Assembly (NCBI GenBank): GCA_947366545.1
Contig: CANBAL010000004.1
Coordinates: 29,136-93,135 of the forward strand
Source: an uncultured Clostridia bacterium
Lineage (GTDB): Bacteria > Bacillota > Clostridia > Christensenellales > UBA1242
Direction of reading: 5' to 3'
DNA length: 64,000 bases
Both the position numbers and the translations under genes were made by a program. The notes below the pieces were generated by a model that searched no databases, was not told where the DNA came from, and saw only the letters and a program-made list of their open reading frames with translations. Below, piece by piece: positions 38,046-46,738 of the stretch (the stretch's first letter is position 1; each line of letters starts with the position of its first letter).

Positions 38046-38149
38046 TTGCCTTCTCCTTCATTGGAATTATAGCATATTTAGTGTTTTAGTCCAACTATTT
38101 TTACCATATTTTGTCATGATTTTCCTGCCTTGTCCATAAATTACTCTAT

Positions 38150-38377
38150 ATGAAATCGCTGGTGGAATGCAAATTTAATAGGTCGTTTATCTTGGCGGGC
38201 TTTGACAAGTCCCTTTCCTTTAAAGTTAAAAGGCGATTATGTGAACTTGGTTTTACCGCGGGGCAGGAGGTAAGGCTGGTGCGAAAATCTTTGCTTGGCA
38301 AGGCCTATTTGGTGGAGTTACGGGGGTATACCCTTTCTCTTCGTAATGACATTGTAAAGGCGGTGCTTGTAAAATGA
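38150..38377 (+). CDS. feoA: Ferrous iron transport protein A
   Basis: 75 aa with a FeoA SH3-like pattern (LCELGFTAGQEVRLVRK...VELRGYTLSLR). It overlaps the feoB start. Confidence 0.8.
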   Translation: MKSLVECKFNRSFILAGFDKSLSFKVKRRLCELGFTAGQEVRLVRKSLLGKAYLVELRGYTLSLRNDIVKAVLVK

Positions 38378-40476
38378 TAAAGGTAAATTTAGTTGGCAAT
38401 CCGAACACTGGCAAAACAACGCTATACAATTCTCTTACTCATGCACATGAGCGGGTGGGGAACTGGCATGGTGTTACGGTGGAAGAGAAAAAGCAAAGTT
38501 ACACATTTGAAGGAAAGGAAATTGAAATTTGTGACCTTCCCGGGATTTATTCACTCACAAGTCTTAGTTATGAGGAAGGTGTGGCGATAGACGCGATTTT
38601 AAAAGAGCCAGAAAAACCGATAATCAATATTTGTGATGCCAGCAATTTGGAGAGGAACTTATATTTAACCCTTTCACTTATGGAACTTGGTGCAAACATT
38701 ATTTTGGCGGTAAACCAAATAGAAAAGGTGCCAGCCTATAAAATTGATTGTAAAAAACTTTCTGATATTTTAGGGATTGTGGTGGTGCCTATTGATGCCG
38801 AAAAGAAGATTGGGCTAGACAAACTTAACCAAGAGATTTTGTCTTACAAAGGGCATATTAAATATAACCTGCCTTACCTAAACAAATTGCATCTTGAAAA
38901 TGTTAATCTGCCTAAGATGGAAAATGAAAATTTTTACAAGGTTAAACTTCTTGAAGGTGATGAAAAAATATTAAAACAACTTAATCTTGAAAAAAACATC
39001 GCAAGCGAAAGAGTGGAAGAAGTGGCAGATGCACGGTACGACTTTATCGGGCAGGTAATGAAATTATGCACAACCAAAAGCGTGAAAGTGTATGGACGAA
39101 GCAAACTTGACAAATTCATCATGAACAGATTTCTTGCCCTTCCTATCTTTTTGTGTTTAATGGCGGGGGTGTTTTATCTAACCTTCTTTTCAATAGGGGC
39201 GTGGCTTAGCGATGGACTTGTTTATTTACTGGACAATTTTATTGGTAAGCCCCTTATAAACATATTTACAAGCCAGTTTGGAGCGACCTCGCCGCTTACC
39301 GGACTTATTGAGGTGGCGGTGGTAGGCGGCGCTGGTTCAGTGCTTGGCTTTTTGCCGCAGGTGGCACTTTTATTTCTATTCCTTTCACTACTTGAAGAAA
39401 GCGGGTATATGTCCCGTGTTGCTTTTGCGATAGAGGATATTTTGGGCAAGGTAGGCCTTTCTGGGAAAAGTGTATACACCCTTTTAATGGGTTTTGGTTG
39501 CTCCACCACCGCGGTGCTGACCGCAAGAAATATGGAGGACAAAAACTCAAAAATAAAGACAGGACTTTTGACACCTTACATGAGTTGCAGTGCAAAATTT
39601 CCTATTTATGCAGTGCTGGGTGGGGCGTTTTTTGGTGCGAACAACATTTTTGTCATAATGGGACTTTATCTACTGGGCGTGGTGGTGGCCGTAAGCCTTA
39701 GTTATATTTTTGAAAAGACTGTACTGAAAAGTAAGGAGCAATCTTTTATCTTGGAATTTCCGCCATACCACTCCATGAGCATGAAAAAGGTGTTGTTTGT
39801 GTTATGGGAAAACATGAGACTTTTCTTAATCCGTGTTGGCTCGCTTATCATATGCATGAATGTGATTGTATGGATTTTATCTAACTTTTCCTTTACTTTT
39901 GCATATATACCACGCGAGGGTGGAGTGAGCATTTTGGAAAGTATAGGAAGGGTGCTATCGCCTATATTTATTCCGCTTGGCTTTGGCAGTTGGGGTGCGA
40001 CCACCGCACTGATTGCGGGGCTTGTTGCGAAAGAGGTGATAGTCTCCTCCATTGCCATGCTTAACGGCGTTAGTGACGCGTCAAATGAAGTGATTGGAGA
40101 TAGTTTGAAAAATTCTTCCTCTGCGGTATTTTTCGCCTCGGGGAGTAATGTGATTTCCTACCTTGTATTTTCTCTTTTATATTTTCCTTGTCTTGCCACC
40201 ACTTCTGTGCTTAGCAAAGAAATAGGCAGAAAGTGGACATTTTTAGGGATTTTAATCCAGTTTGCAGTTGCGTATTTTGTTACATTTATCGTCTTTAATA
40301 TTGCCCATCTTATTGAGCTTTGGGGAATACTTAAAGTATTACTTTGTTTAATCGTCTTGATAATTGTTTTGGTAAGTATCATTTTTATTATAAGAAAACT
40401 CAAAAAGCGTAAAACCTGTGCTTTATGCCCGCATTGTGACAAGAAATGTAAAATAAAAAAGAGAACAAATAAGTAA
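38374..40476 (+). CDS. feoB: Ferrous iron transporter FeoB
   Basis: N-terminal G-domain GNPNTGKTTLYN with DLPG, followed by a polytopic gate domain. The C-terminal tail carries CALCPHCDKKC. Confidence 0.92.
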   Translation: MIKVNLVGNPNTGKTTLYNSLTHAHERVGNWHGVTVEEKKQSYTFEGKEIEICDLPGIYSLTSLSYEEGVAIDAILKEPEKPIINICDASNLERNLYLTLSLMELGANIILAVNQIEKVPAYKIDCKKLSDILGIVVVPIDAEKKIGLDKLNQEILSYKGHIKYNLPYLNKLHLENVNLPKMENENFYKVKLLEGDEKILKQLNLEKNIASERVEEVADARYDFIGQVMKLCTTKSVKVYGRSKLDKFIMNRFLALPIFLCLMAGVFYLTFFSIGAWLSDGLVYLLDNFIGKPLINIFTSQFGATSPLTGLIEVAVVGGAGSVLGFLPQVALLFLFLSLLEESGYMSRVAFAIEDILGKVGLSGKSVYTLLMGFGCSTTAVLTARNMEDKNSKIKTGLLTPYMSCSAKFPIYAVLGGAFFGANNIFVIMGLYLLGVVVAVSLSYIFEKTVLKSKEQSFILEFPPYHSMSMKKVLFVLWENMRLFLIRVGSLIICMNVIVWILSNFSFTFAYIPREGGVSILESIGRVLSPIFIPLGFGSWGATTALIAGLVAKEVIVSSIAMLNGVSDASNEVIGDSLKNSSSAVFFASGSNVISYLVFSLLYFPCLATTSVLSKEIGRKWTFLGILIQFAVAYFVTFIVFNIAHLIELWGILKVLLCLIVLIIVLVSIIFIIRKLKKRKTCALCPHCDKKCKIKKRTNK

Positions 40477-40526
40477 TTTAATTGCCTTAAAACTGCAAAT
40501 GTGCTATCCTTCTTTTAAGGAGAGTT

Positions 40527-41843
40527 ATGCATAAACCTGTTGTTGCCATAGTTGGCAGGCCTAATGTAGGTAAAAGCACATTTTTTAATAAAATCTGCGG
40601 ACAAAGAATAAGTATTGTTGACGATACGCCAGGGGTTACCCGTGACAGAATTTATGCTGAGGCGAATTGGTGTGGCCATGATTTTATGCTTATCGATACC
40701 GGTGGACTAGACTCAAAAAGCGGGGATGTTTTTCAAAAAGAAATAAAAAAGCAAGCTATGGAAGCAATTTCCGCCAGCGATGTAATTGTGTTTATGGTGG
40801 ACGGCAAAAGTGGTGTGACCACCACTGATGAGGAGGTGGCATCCCTTCTTCAGCGTGCAAAAGCACCAGTAGTGCTTGTTGTAAACAAACTGGACAGATT
40901 TGAAATTGAAAATACCTATGACTTTTATTCTCTTGGCCTTGGTGAGCCGATGCCACTTTCTTGTTCACAAAGCAAGGGAATAGGTGACATACTTGACGCC
41001 ATTGTAAACCATTTTCCAAAGAGTTATGAAAAAAGCAGTGAGGCGGCAGCGCCAAAAATTGCCATAGTAGGCAGGCCTAATGTCGGCAAAAGTTCGATAG
41101 TAAACAGGCTGCTTGGAGAAGAACGGGTTGTTGTAAGTGATGTTGAAGGCACCACGCGTGACGCTGTGCTTGTGCCATTTAATTACAATAAAAAAGAATA
41201 TGCACTTGTGGACACCGCAGGACTAAGGCGAAAACGCGGAGTGGAAAACGAATCTATTGAGGGGTACTCTGTCCTTCGTACTCTTTCAGCGATAGAAGAC
41301 GCCGATGTTGTTATGGCGGTGGTAGACGGCAGTGAAGAAAGACTTTCCGAGCAAGATGTTCGCATAATTGGTATGGTGCATGAAAACGGCAAGCCAAGCG
41401 TCATTGTAGTAAACAAATGGGACAAAAAAAGCAGGAATAAAGACGAATATATTAAGATGCTTAATGAAGACCTTAAATTTATGGATTATTACATTTGCAT
41501 ATTTGTTTCCGCGCTTACTGGTAGTGGACTTGGGCAGATAATGGAAAAGGTGGAACTCGCATACTCAAATTCTCAAAAGCGAATTACCACTGGACTTCTT
41601 AATGACATTCTACATGATGCAATACTTAATTTTGAGCCACCAGCACACTCTGGTCGCAAGGCAAAAATTCAATATATTACCGAGGCGTCTGTTGCTCCAC
41701 CTACCTTTGTCCTCTTTGTCAATGATGCAAAGTTAATTAATTTTTCATATATAAGGTATCTTGAAAACAGGTTCCGCGAAAAGGTGGATTTCAGTGGTAC
41801 GCCTATTAAATTCATTGTAAAGGGTAGGGAGGAAGGAAAATGA
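40527..41843 (+). CDS. der: Ribosome-associated GTPase Der/EngA
   Basis: Two tandem GTPase domains (GRPNVGKST twice, DTGG/DTAG, NKLD/NKWD) and a C-terminal KH-like domain. Confidence 0.95.
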   Translation: MHKPVVAIVGRPNVGKSTFFNKICGQRISIVDDTPGVTRDRIYAEANWCGHDFMLIDTGGLDSKSGDVFQKEIKKQAMEAISASDVIVFMVDGKSGVTTTDEEVASLLQRAKAPVVLVVNKLDRFEIENTYDFYSLGLGEPMPLSCSQSKGIGDILDAIVNHFPKSYEKSSEAAAPKIAIVGRPNVGKSSIVNRLLGEERVVVSDVEGTTRDAVLVPFNYNKKEYALVDTAGLRRKRGVENESIEGYSVLRTLSAIEDADVVMAVVDGSEERLSEQDVRIIGMVHENGKPSVIVVNKWDKKSRNKDEYIKMLNEDLKFMDYYICIFVSALTGSGLGQIMEKVELAYSNSQKRITTGLLNDILHDAILNFEPPAHSGRKAKIQYITEASVAPPTFVLFVNDAKLINFSYIRYLENRFREKVDFSGTPIKFIVKGREEGK

Positions 41844-42583
41844 TAAATGTTTTAATTTTTACCGCCATTGCCATTGTTTCCTACCTTATTGGAAATATAA
41901 ATATGGCCAAGATTATTGCTTGGCGCAGGCGCAAGAAGGACATCACCGAACTTGGAAGCGGAAATCCCGGCACTATGAATATGCTGCGAAACTTCGGGTT
42001 TTGGATAGCCTTTGGCACCATGCTTTTGGAGTTTTTCAAAACTGGGCTTTGCTGTATTGTAAGTGGAATTATAATGCGTGAACAAGGGCTTTACCATTTT
42101 GCTTACTATTTTGCGGGTGCTTTTGTGGTGATAGGTTCGGTATATCCTATCGGTACAAAGGGTGGCAAAGGCCTTGCTTGTCTTGCGGGCATGTTTATGT
42201 GCAGTCCACTTTGGTATGTGGGAATTGGACTTTTTGTGCTTGGTTTTATCCTCCTTTTGATAGTGGATTACGCTTTTGTTCCAACCACTTTATTTTGCGT
42301 ACTGATGTCGGTTGCACTTACCATATATTTTTCAATAAAGCAGGTCACATACTTTTGGGCAATCATTGTAATAATATGGCTGCTGCTTGCACTTATTTTG
42401 TATAATCATCGGGGTAATTTCCGGAGGCTTTTCCGCAAAGAAGAAAAGAAACTTGGCTTTGCCAAAATGATTAAAAAAATGTTCAAAAAACAGCGTGGCG
42501 TTGACGAGATAAGTGAGGACAGTGTGGAAAGTGAGCCTGAGAAGGAAATTATAATTGAGGACGAAGAGGACAATCAAAATTAA
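41840..42583 (+). CDS. plsY: Acyl-phosphate glycerol-3-phosphate acyltransferase PlsY, with a charged C-terminal extension
   Basis: GSGNPGTMN motif and a multi-TM core. It follows der, as in many Firmicutes. About 45 extra Lys-rich then acidic residues sit at the C-terminus. Confidence 0.8.
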   Translation: MINVLIFTAIAIVSYLIGNINMAKIIAWRRRKKDITELGSGNPGTMNMLRNFGFWIAFGTMLLEFFKTGLCCIVSGIIMREQGLYHFAYYFAGAFVVIGSVYPIGTKGGKGLACLAGMFMCSPLWYVGIGLFVLGFILLLIVDYAFVPTTLFCVLMSVALTIYFSIKQVTYFWAIIVIIWLLLALILYNHRGNFRRLFRKEEKKLGFAKMIKKMFKKQRGVDEISEDSVESEPEKEIIIEDEEDNQN

Positions 42584-42653
42584 AGAAAATATTGAAAATA
42601 AAGAATAAAGATAGCACCTCCAACATACATTACTGTATCTTGGAGGTATATTT

Positions 42654-44129
42654 ATGGAAAAATATGAAATCTATGATGATATAAAATCCCGAACAAACGG
42701 CGATATATACATTGGAGTGGTGGGACCTGTACGCGTTGGCAAATCCACATTCATCACACAATTTATGCAAAAGCTTGTTGTTCCAAATATCACAGAGAAA
42801 AACACAAAAGACCGTACTATTGATGAACTTCCTCAGTCGGCTGACGGAAAAACAATTATGACAACACAACCACACTTTGTGCCAAACGAGGCAGTAAAGA
42901 TTAAGGTTGCAGGTGCCGACATGAAGGTGAGAATGATAGACTGTGTTGGCTATCTTGTTAGCGGCGTTATGGGGCATACTGAGGATGATAAACCAAGGCT
43001 TGTTAAAACCCCTTGGACCGAGAAGGAAATGCCTTTTGAAGAGGCTGCTGAACTTGGCACTAAAAAGGTGATAGAGGATCATTCTACCATTGGACTTGTG
43101 GTAACCACAGACGGAAGTGTTACTGATATTCCAAGAGCCAACTATATTGAAGCGGAAGAGAAGGTGGTGGCTGAAATGAAAGCCACAGGAAAACCTTTTG
43201 TTATGGTGCTTAATTGCAAAAATCCTTCTTCGCAAGACAGCAAACGCCTTGCCACATCTCTCAGCGAAAAATACGATGTGCCAGTAGTTGCAGTCAATGC
43301 CCTTGAACTTAAAGAGGGGGATGTTGACAAAGTATTTGAAAAACTACTTGGTGAATTCCCTGTTAAAGCAATTCGTGTTAAAATGCCAGAGTGGCTTAGA
43401 GCATTATCTTATGATGATGAAATTATCACTGAGATTGCAAATGAAGTGAAACGCCTTGGCTCTCAAATCACTAAACTTAGCCAAATGGATAAAAATCAAC
43501 TTGCTTTCACTGAAAGCGAAGCTTTTGACCCTATCACATTCTCAAGTATCGAACTTGGTGAAGGTGTGGTTAAATTTAATGTTATCCCTAAGGAAGATTT
43601 ATTTTATAGAGTGCTTAGTCATGAATGTGGCTATAACATTAAGGATGATTATGAGCTTGTAAACTATATCAAAGAACTTGCTATTGCAAAACTTGAATAT
43701 GATAAACTTAAATATGCGCTTGATGAGGTTAAACAAACAGGTTACGGCATTGTTGAGCCACGCAAAGAGGAATTTACCCTTAGCGAGCCAGAAATTATTA
43801 AGCAGGGTGGCCGCTACGGCGTAAAACTTAAGGCAAGCGCGCCAAGCCTTCACATTATGCGTGTTGATGTGGACAGCGAGGTGACACCTCTTGTTGGTAC
43901 TGAAGAGCAAAGCCAAGAATTTGCAAAAAGCCTTGCTGAGCAGTTTGAAACAAACCCAGATGAGATTTGGGAAACAAATATTCTTGGGAAAAGTTTGTAT
44001 AGCCTAGTTGGCGACAATATAAACTCTAAGATTGTTATGATGCCAGCAGAGGCACAACGCAAAATGCGTAAAACCCTTGGCCGTATCTTAAACGAAGGCA
44101 AAGGCGGAGTAATTTGCATACTCCTTTAG
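42654..44129 (+). CDS. spoIVA: Stage IV sporulation protein A (coat basement-layer ATPase)
   Basis: 491 aa. The N-terminus DIKSRTNGDIYIGVVGPVRVGKSTFI (Walker A) and the overall length are characteristic of SpoIVA. Confidence 0.92.
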   Translation: MEKYEIYDDIKSRTNGDIYIGVVGPVRVGKSTFITQFMQKLVVPNITEKNTKDRTIDELPQSADGKTIMTTQPHFVPNEAVKIKVAGADMKVRMIDCVGYLVSGVMGHTEDDKPRLVKTPWTEKEMPFEEAAELGTKKVIEDHSTIGLVVTTDGSVTDIPRANYIEAEEKVVAEMKATGKPFVMVLNCKNPSSQDSKRLATSLSEKYDVPVVAVNALELKEGDVDKVFEKLLGEFPVKAIRVKMPEWLRALSYDDEIITEIANEVKRLGSQITKLSQMDKNQLAFTESEAFDPITFSSIELGEGVVKFNVIPKEDLFYRVLSHECGYNIKDDYELVNYIKELAIAKLEYDKLKYALDEVKQTGYGIVEPRKEEFTLSEPEIIKQGGRYGVKLKASAPSLHIMRVDVDSEVTPLVGTEEQSQEFAKSLAEQFETNPDEIWETNILGKSLYSLVGDNINSKIVMMPAEAQRKMRKTLGRILNEGKGGVICILL

Positions 44130-44145
44130 GACAGACACCACTCGG

Positions 44146-44188
44146 AAAAATACATTTTAAGTTGTTCCAACATAAAATGTATTTTTTA
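44146..44188. terminator. Bidirectional intrinsic terminator after spoIVA
   Basis: Long hairpin TACATTTTA (44151-44159) / TAAAATGTA (44173-44181) with an inner GTTG/CAAC pairing. It is flanked by an A-run on the 5' side and a T-run on the 3' side. Confidence 0.75.
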
Positions 44189-44335
44189 CGCGGACACGCC
44201 ATGTCTTACATGGCTAACCGCTACCCTCGCGGTTTCTCCACTTAGTCCTCTTCCATAAGTTGTGTCCTTTGGACTACGCGGGCAAAATGATACATTTTGC
44301 TTTTCCGCTTTCCTTTCGGAAAGTCCGCCAGTCCG
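44189..44335. ncRNA. Candidate structured RNA of unknown class (GC-rich intergenic island)
   Basis: About 147 nt at roughly 52% G+C by hand count, between very AT-rich flanks. Perfect hairpins are GCCATG/CATGGC (44198-44214), ACCGC/GCGGT (44217-44233), GCAAAATG/CATTTTGC (44282-44300) and CTTTCC/GGAAAG (44308-44323). There is also long-range pairing of GGACAC (44192-44197) with GTGTCC (44262-44267). The strand is undetermined. Confidence 0.35.
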
Positions 44336-44364
44336 ATTAAAAAAAGATTTTTATGGGTTAATTG

Positions 44365-44396
44365 AAAAAAAAGACGCAAGAAAATGCGTCTTTTTT
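44365..44396. terminator. Bidirectional intrinsic terminator
   Basis: A8, then GACGCA (44373-44378) / TGCGTC (44385-44390), then T6. It overlaps the stop of the 129-aa minus-strand gene. Confidence 0.8.
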
Positions 44397-44784
44397 ATTC
44401 GCTTTCGTCATCATTTTCATATTGGAAAATATCTGGCGATAAAATGTGGTCTTTTTGGTATTGGTTTTTAAGTTTTTCAATTACGCCCATTTTTAATTGA
44501 ACGAAAGCATATCTGATGCCACATTCTTTATCTTCTTCGGTCGGTTCAATAAGTGTGCCAAGTTTATAAACTTCTATGTTAAATGGGGAGCTTCTTCGTT
44601 CTAGCATTTTACCTTTAAAGTAAGATTTTTCAACATTTACATCATATATTTTGATTTTATAAGTTTCTGGACCATATAACTTGATGCATTTTGCAATTTC
44701 ATTGATATCACGGGATGATACCTCAGTTATTCTTTCACTGACACCAAATTCTGCAATTTCTTCTTCTACAAAGTGTTTAATCAT
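44395..44784 (-). CDS. Hypothetical protein (129 aa)
   Basis: The RBS AAGGAGA lies 7 nt upstream of the ATG. It is the second gene of a two-gene operon. It has an acidic tail (YENDDESE) and no domain I recognise. Confidence 0.7.
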   Translation of the reverse strand: MIKHFVEEEIAEFGVSERITEVSSRDINEIAKCIKLYGPETYKIKIYDVNVEKSYFKGKMLERRSSPFNIEVYKLGTLIEPTEEDKECGIRYAFVQLKMGVIEKLKNQYQKDHILSPDIFQYENDDESE

Positions 44785-44814
44785 AAGATTGTCTCCTTTT
44801 TCTATTCGCGGGTT

Positions 44815-45735
44815 TTAGCCTTGGTCTTGCTGCGCCCTCTTTTCATTGTTCCTTATAAGTTGCATTATTGCACCATATTCTTCGTCCATCTCAACATTTC
44901 GCTCATCATTTTGTGCTTTGATAACAGAATATCTTTTTCTTAGTTCTAGTTCTACCTTTAGTTTGAGTGGGTCAAAGGTTTTAAGGTGATCTTCCTCCAT
45001 CTTTTTTAATTTGGCGTATTCGTCGAGTTTATTTTGTGCTATTTTGTCTGCTACAAATAAATTTTGAGAAGAGTATCTTCTTGCTAGGACTGTTTCTAAG
45101 ACTAGGTTATCATAGTCGGTTTGATTTTGGTCAAGGATTTCTTGTTTCCTTTCGATTTCTTTAATTAAGTCCTTGCCAAGTGTATCGGCAGGGTGTTGTT
45201 TCAAAGTTTGTAGCAGTGGACTTTTTAAATATTCAAGTTTAATTTTATGTGAAAATCGGCTTACACCTTTTGGTGGCATTGCCATATAGAAAATTGCGTT
45301 GACATCCTCTTTATATTTAAGTTGCTCGGCTGGTGCTACTCTTTCGGCTTGTTCCTTTGAAGATACATGTTGCCAAAGCAGTGCCTCAGGATGATATACG
45401 CTGCCAATGATTCCGCGTTTTCTATAATCTGCCTCGGTGACTGTTATAGCCTCGCCAGGCTGTCTTGATTTATACAAAAATTCACTTAAAGGCATATAAT
45501 TACCCACAAGCCATTTTTCAGTGTGCATTTTTCCGCTCTGCCAAAGTATTTTTCCATTATTATCGTACTCGGTAATACGGTCAAAAAACTCAAGTGCCAA
45601 CACCTTTTTATGTGGCACAATAACGCTCCACCAGTTCCTTTCATTTACTTGTGTCGCGCCAAATTCTTGTCTAGTTTTTTCACCATTTATGTAGTTTCTT
45701 TCATAAAAACTAACAAAATGTTCAAGTTTTTTCAT
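44815..45735 (-). CDS. Hypothetical protein (306 aa)
   Basis: The RBS AGAGGGA lies upstream of the ATG at 45735. The N-terminal half is Trp-rich and globular, and the C-terminal half is charged and coiled-coil-like. I recognise no domain. Confidence 0.7.
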   Translation of the reverse strand: MKKLEHFVSFYERNYINGEKTRQEFGATQVNERNWWSVIVPHKKVLALEFFDRITEYDNNGKILWQSGKMHTEKWLVGNYMPLSEFLYKSRQPGEAITVTEADYRKRGIIGSVYHPEALLWQHVSSKEQAERVAPAEQLKYKEDVNAIFYMAMPPKGVSRFSHKIKLEYLKSPLLQTLKQHPADTLGKDLIKEIERKQEILDQNQTDYDNLVLETVLARRYSSQNLFVADKIAQNKLDEYAKLKKMEEDHLKTFDPLKLKVELELRKRYSVIKAQNDERNVEMDEEYGAIMQLIRNNEKRAQQDQG

Positions 45736-45771
45736 TAATAATCCCTCTTTTATTACTATGAATATGCTGCC

Positions 45772-45800
45772 ATTATACTATGGTCTAACTGTGTTGTCAA
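45772..45800 (-). promoter_or_regulatory. Consensus sigma-A promoter of the 306-aa/129-aa operon
   Basis: The minus strand reads TTGACA, a 17-nt spacer (acacagttagaccatag), then TATAAT. Both hexamers are perfect. Confidence 0.7.
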
Positions 45801-45866
45801 TAGGCAATTTTTATTTTTTACTAAAAAAAAGCAACACTTTTTGACCTATTTGCATAGATATATAGT

Positions 45867-45965
45867 ATGGAAAAAGAGAAAAAATTTAGAATAATTTGCA
45901 TCAAAGCCCCAAAATGGCTGGGCTTCTTTTTAAGAAAATTGCAAAAGGGCGAAAAAAAAGACTGA
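45867..45965 (+). CDS. spoVM: SpoVM-like small sporulation peptide (32 aa), absent from the ORF track
   Basis: The hand translation is MEKEKKFRIICIKAPKWLGFFLRKLQKGEKKD. It aligns with B. subtilis SpoVM (MKFYTIKLPKFLGGIVRAMLGSFRKD) at KF, IK-PK-LG, R and the terminal KD. It is adjacent to rpmB, as in B. subtilis. No clear SD is present. Confidence 0.55.
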   Translation: MEKEKKFRIICIKAPKWLGFFLRKLQKGEKKD

Positions 45966-45995
45966 CATAAAGCCAGTCTTTACATAATAAAGATT

Positions 45996-46178
45996 TTACG
46001 CCTTCTTTGCTTTTTTGATGCATCGTGTACAAGCCTTAACCTTCTTTGGTTTGCCGTCTACCTCAATAGTGGTCTCTTGAAGGTTTACTTCATAAGTTCT
46101 ATTCATCTTCTTATTTGAGAATGATACTTGATGTCCTGTTCCGCGACCTCGTCCGCATACTTCACATACTCTGCTCAT
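45996..46178 (-). CDS. rpmB: 50S ribosomal protein L28
   Basis: MSRVCEVCGRGRGTGHQVSFSNKKMNRTYEVNLQ is canonical L28. The ATG at 46178 follows the RBS GGAGGAAAG. The listed 46205 start adds 9 spurious residues. Confidence 0.92.
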   Translation of the reverse strand: MSRVCEVCGRGRGTGHQVSFSNKKMNRTYEVNLQETTIEVDGKPKKVKACTRCIKKAKKA

Positions 46179-46373
46179 AACTTTCCTCCGAAATTTCTTT
46201 TGCATTTTACTATACCATCTTTTTAGCCAAATTGCAACTCTTTTTTCACTAAATTTTTAAGAAATGTAAATTATGGCAAAATATTTTTAGAAAAACTTAC
46301 TTTTTGTTTGTAATTTCTTCTCTTTTATAGTATAGTATATAAAGCGAAGAATCTCTTTTAGGGGGAATGGAAT

Positions 46374-46724
46374 TTGACAGTCGATACTAATAACTATTAT
46401 GGCAATATTTCAATTAGCGACAATTCAATTAGAATTGTTGCAGGTTATGCTGCACTAGATTGTTATGGCGTGGTAGATCTTGTCTCCCGCTCTCTGAAAG
46501 ATAGTGCTCGTGAATTATTTAAAAAAGAGTCTTATTCCAAAGGGATTAAGATAAGTCATATTGACAACAGAATTTTCATTGATGTTTACTGTATTTTAAA
46601 ATACGGTGTGTCTATCAGTGCCGTTGCGGAGTCCCTTCGTGGCACAGTGAAATACAGCGTAGAAAACTTCACCGGTATGCTTGTTGATGCTGTCAATGTT
46701 CATGTTGTCGGAGTTAGGGTTTAG
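46374..46724 (+). CDS. Asp23/Gls24-family alkaline shock protein (YloU-like)
   Basis: The 116 aa include ISDNSIRIVAGYAALDCYGVVDL, typical of Asp23. It precedes the DAK2 protein, as in yloU-yloV. Confidence 0.8.
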   Translation: MTVDTNNYYGNISISDNSIRIVAGYAALDCYGVVDLVSRSLKDSARELFKKESYSKGIKISHIDNRIFIDVYCILKYGVSISAVAESLRGTVKYSVENFTGMLVDAVNVHVVGVRV

Positions 46725-46738
46725 GAGAAGGATGAATT

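Noticed and set aside
44310-44330. A GGAAAGTCCGCC motif resembling the conserved P4 region of RNase P RNA (GAGGAAAGTCC).
   Set aside because: The structured island is only about 150 nt. It is bounded by terminators and coding sequence, so it is far too short for RNase P RNA (about 350-400 nt). I saw none of the other conserved RNase P elements.
44262-44471. A 69-aa ORF across the GC-rich intergenic island.
   Set aside because: It runs through a bidirectional terminator and into the antisense of the 129-aa gene. It has no RBS and an implausible sequence. The region is better explained as structured RNA.
45904-45930. The hairpin AGCCC-caaaatggct-GGGCT followed by T-rich sequence, which could be the terminator of a tiny sRNA.
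   Set aside because: It lies inside the SpoVM-like ORF and encodes the conserved KAPKWLGF segment. The coding interpretation explains it better, but an sRNA cannot be fully excluded.
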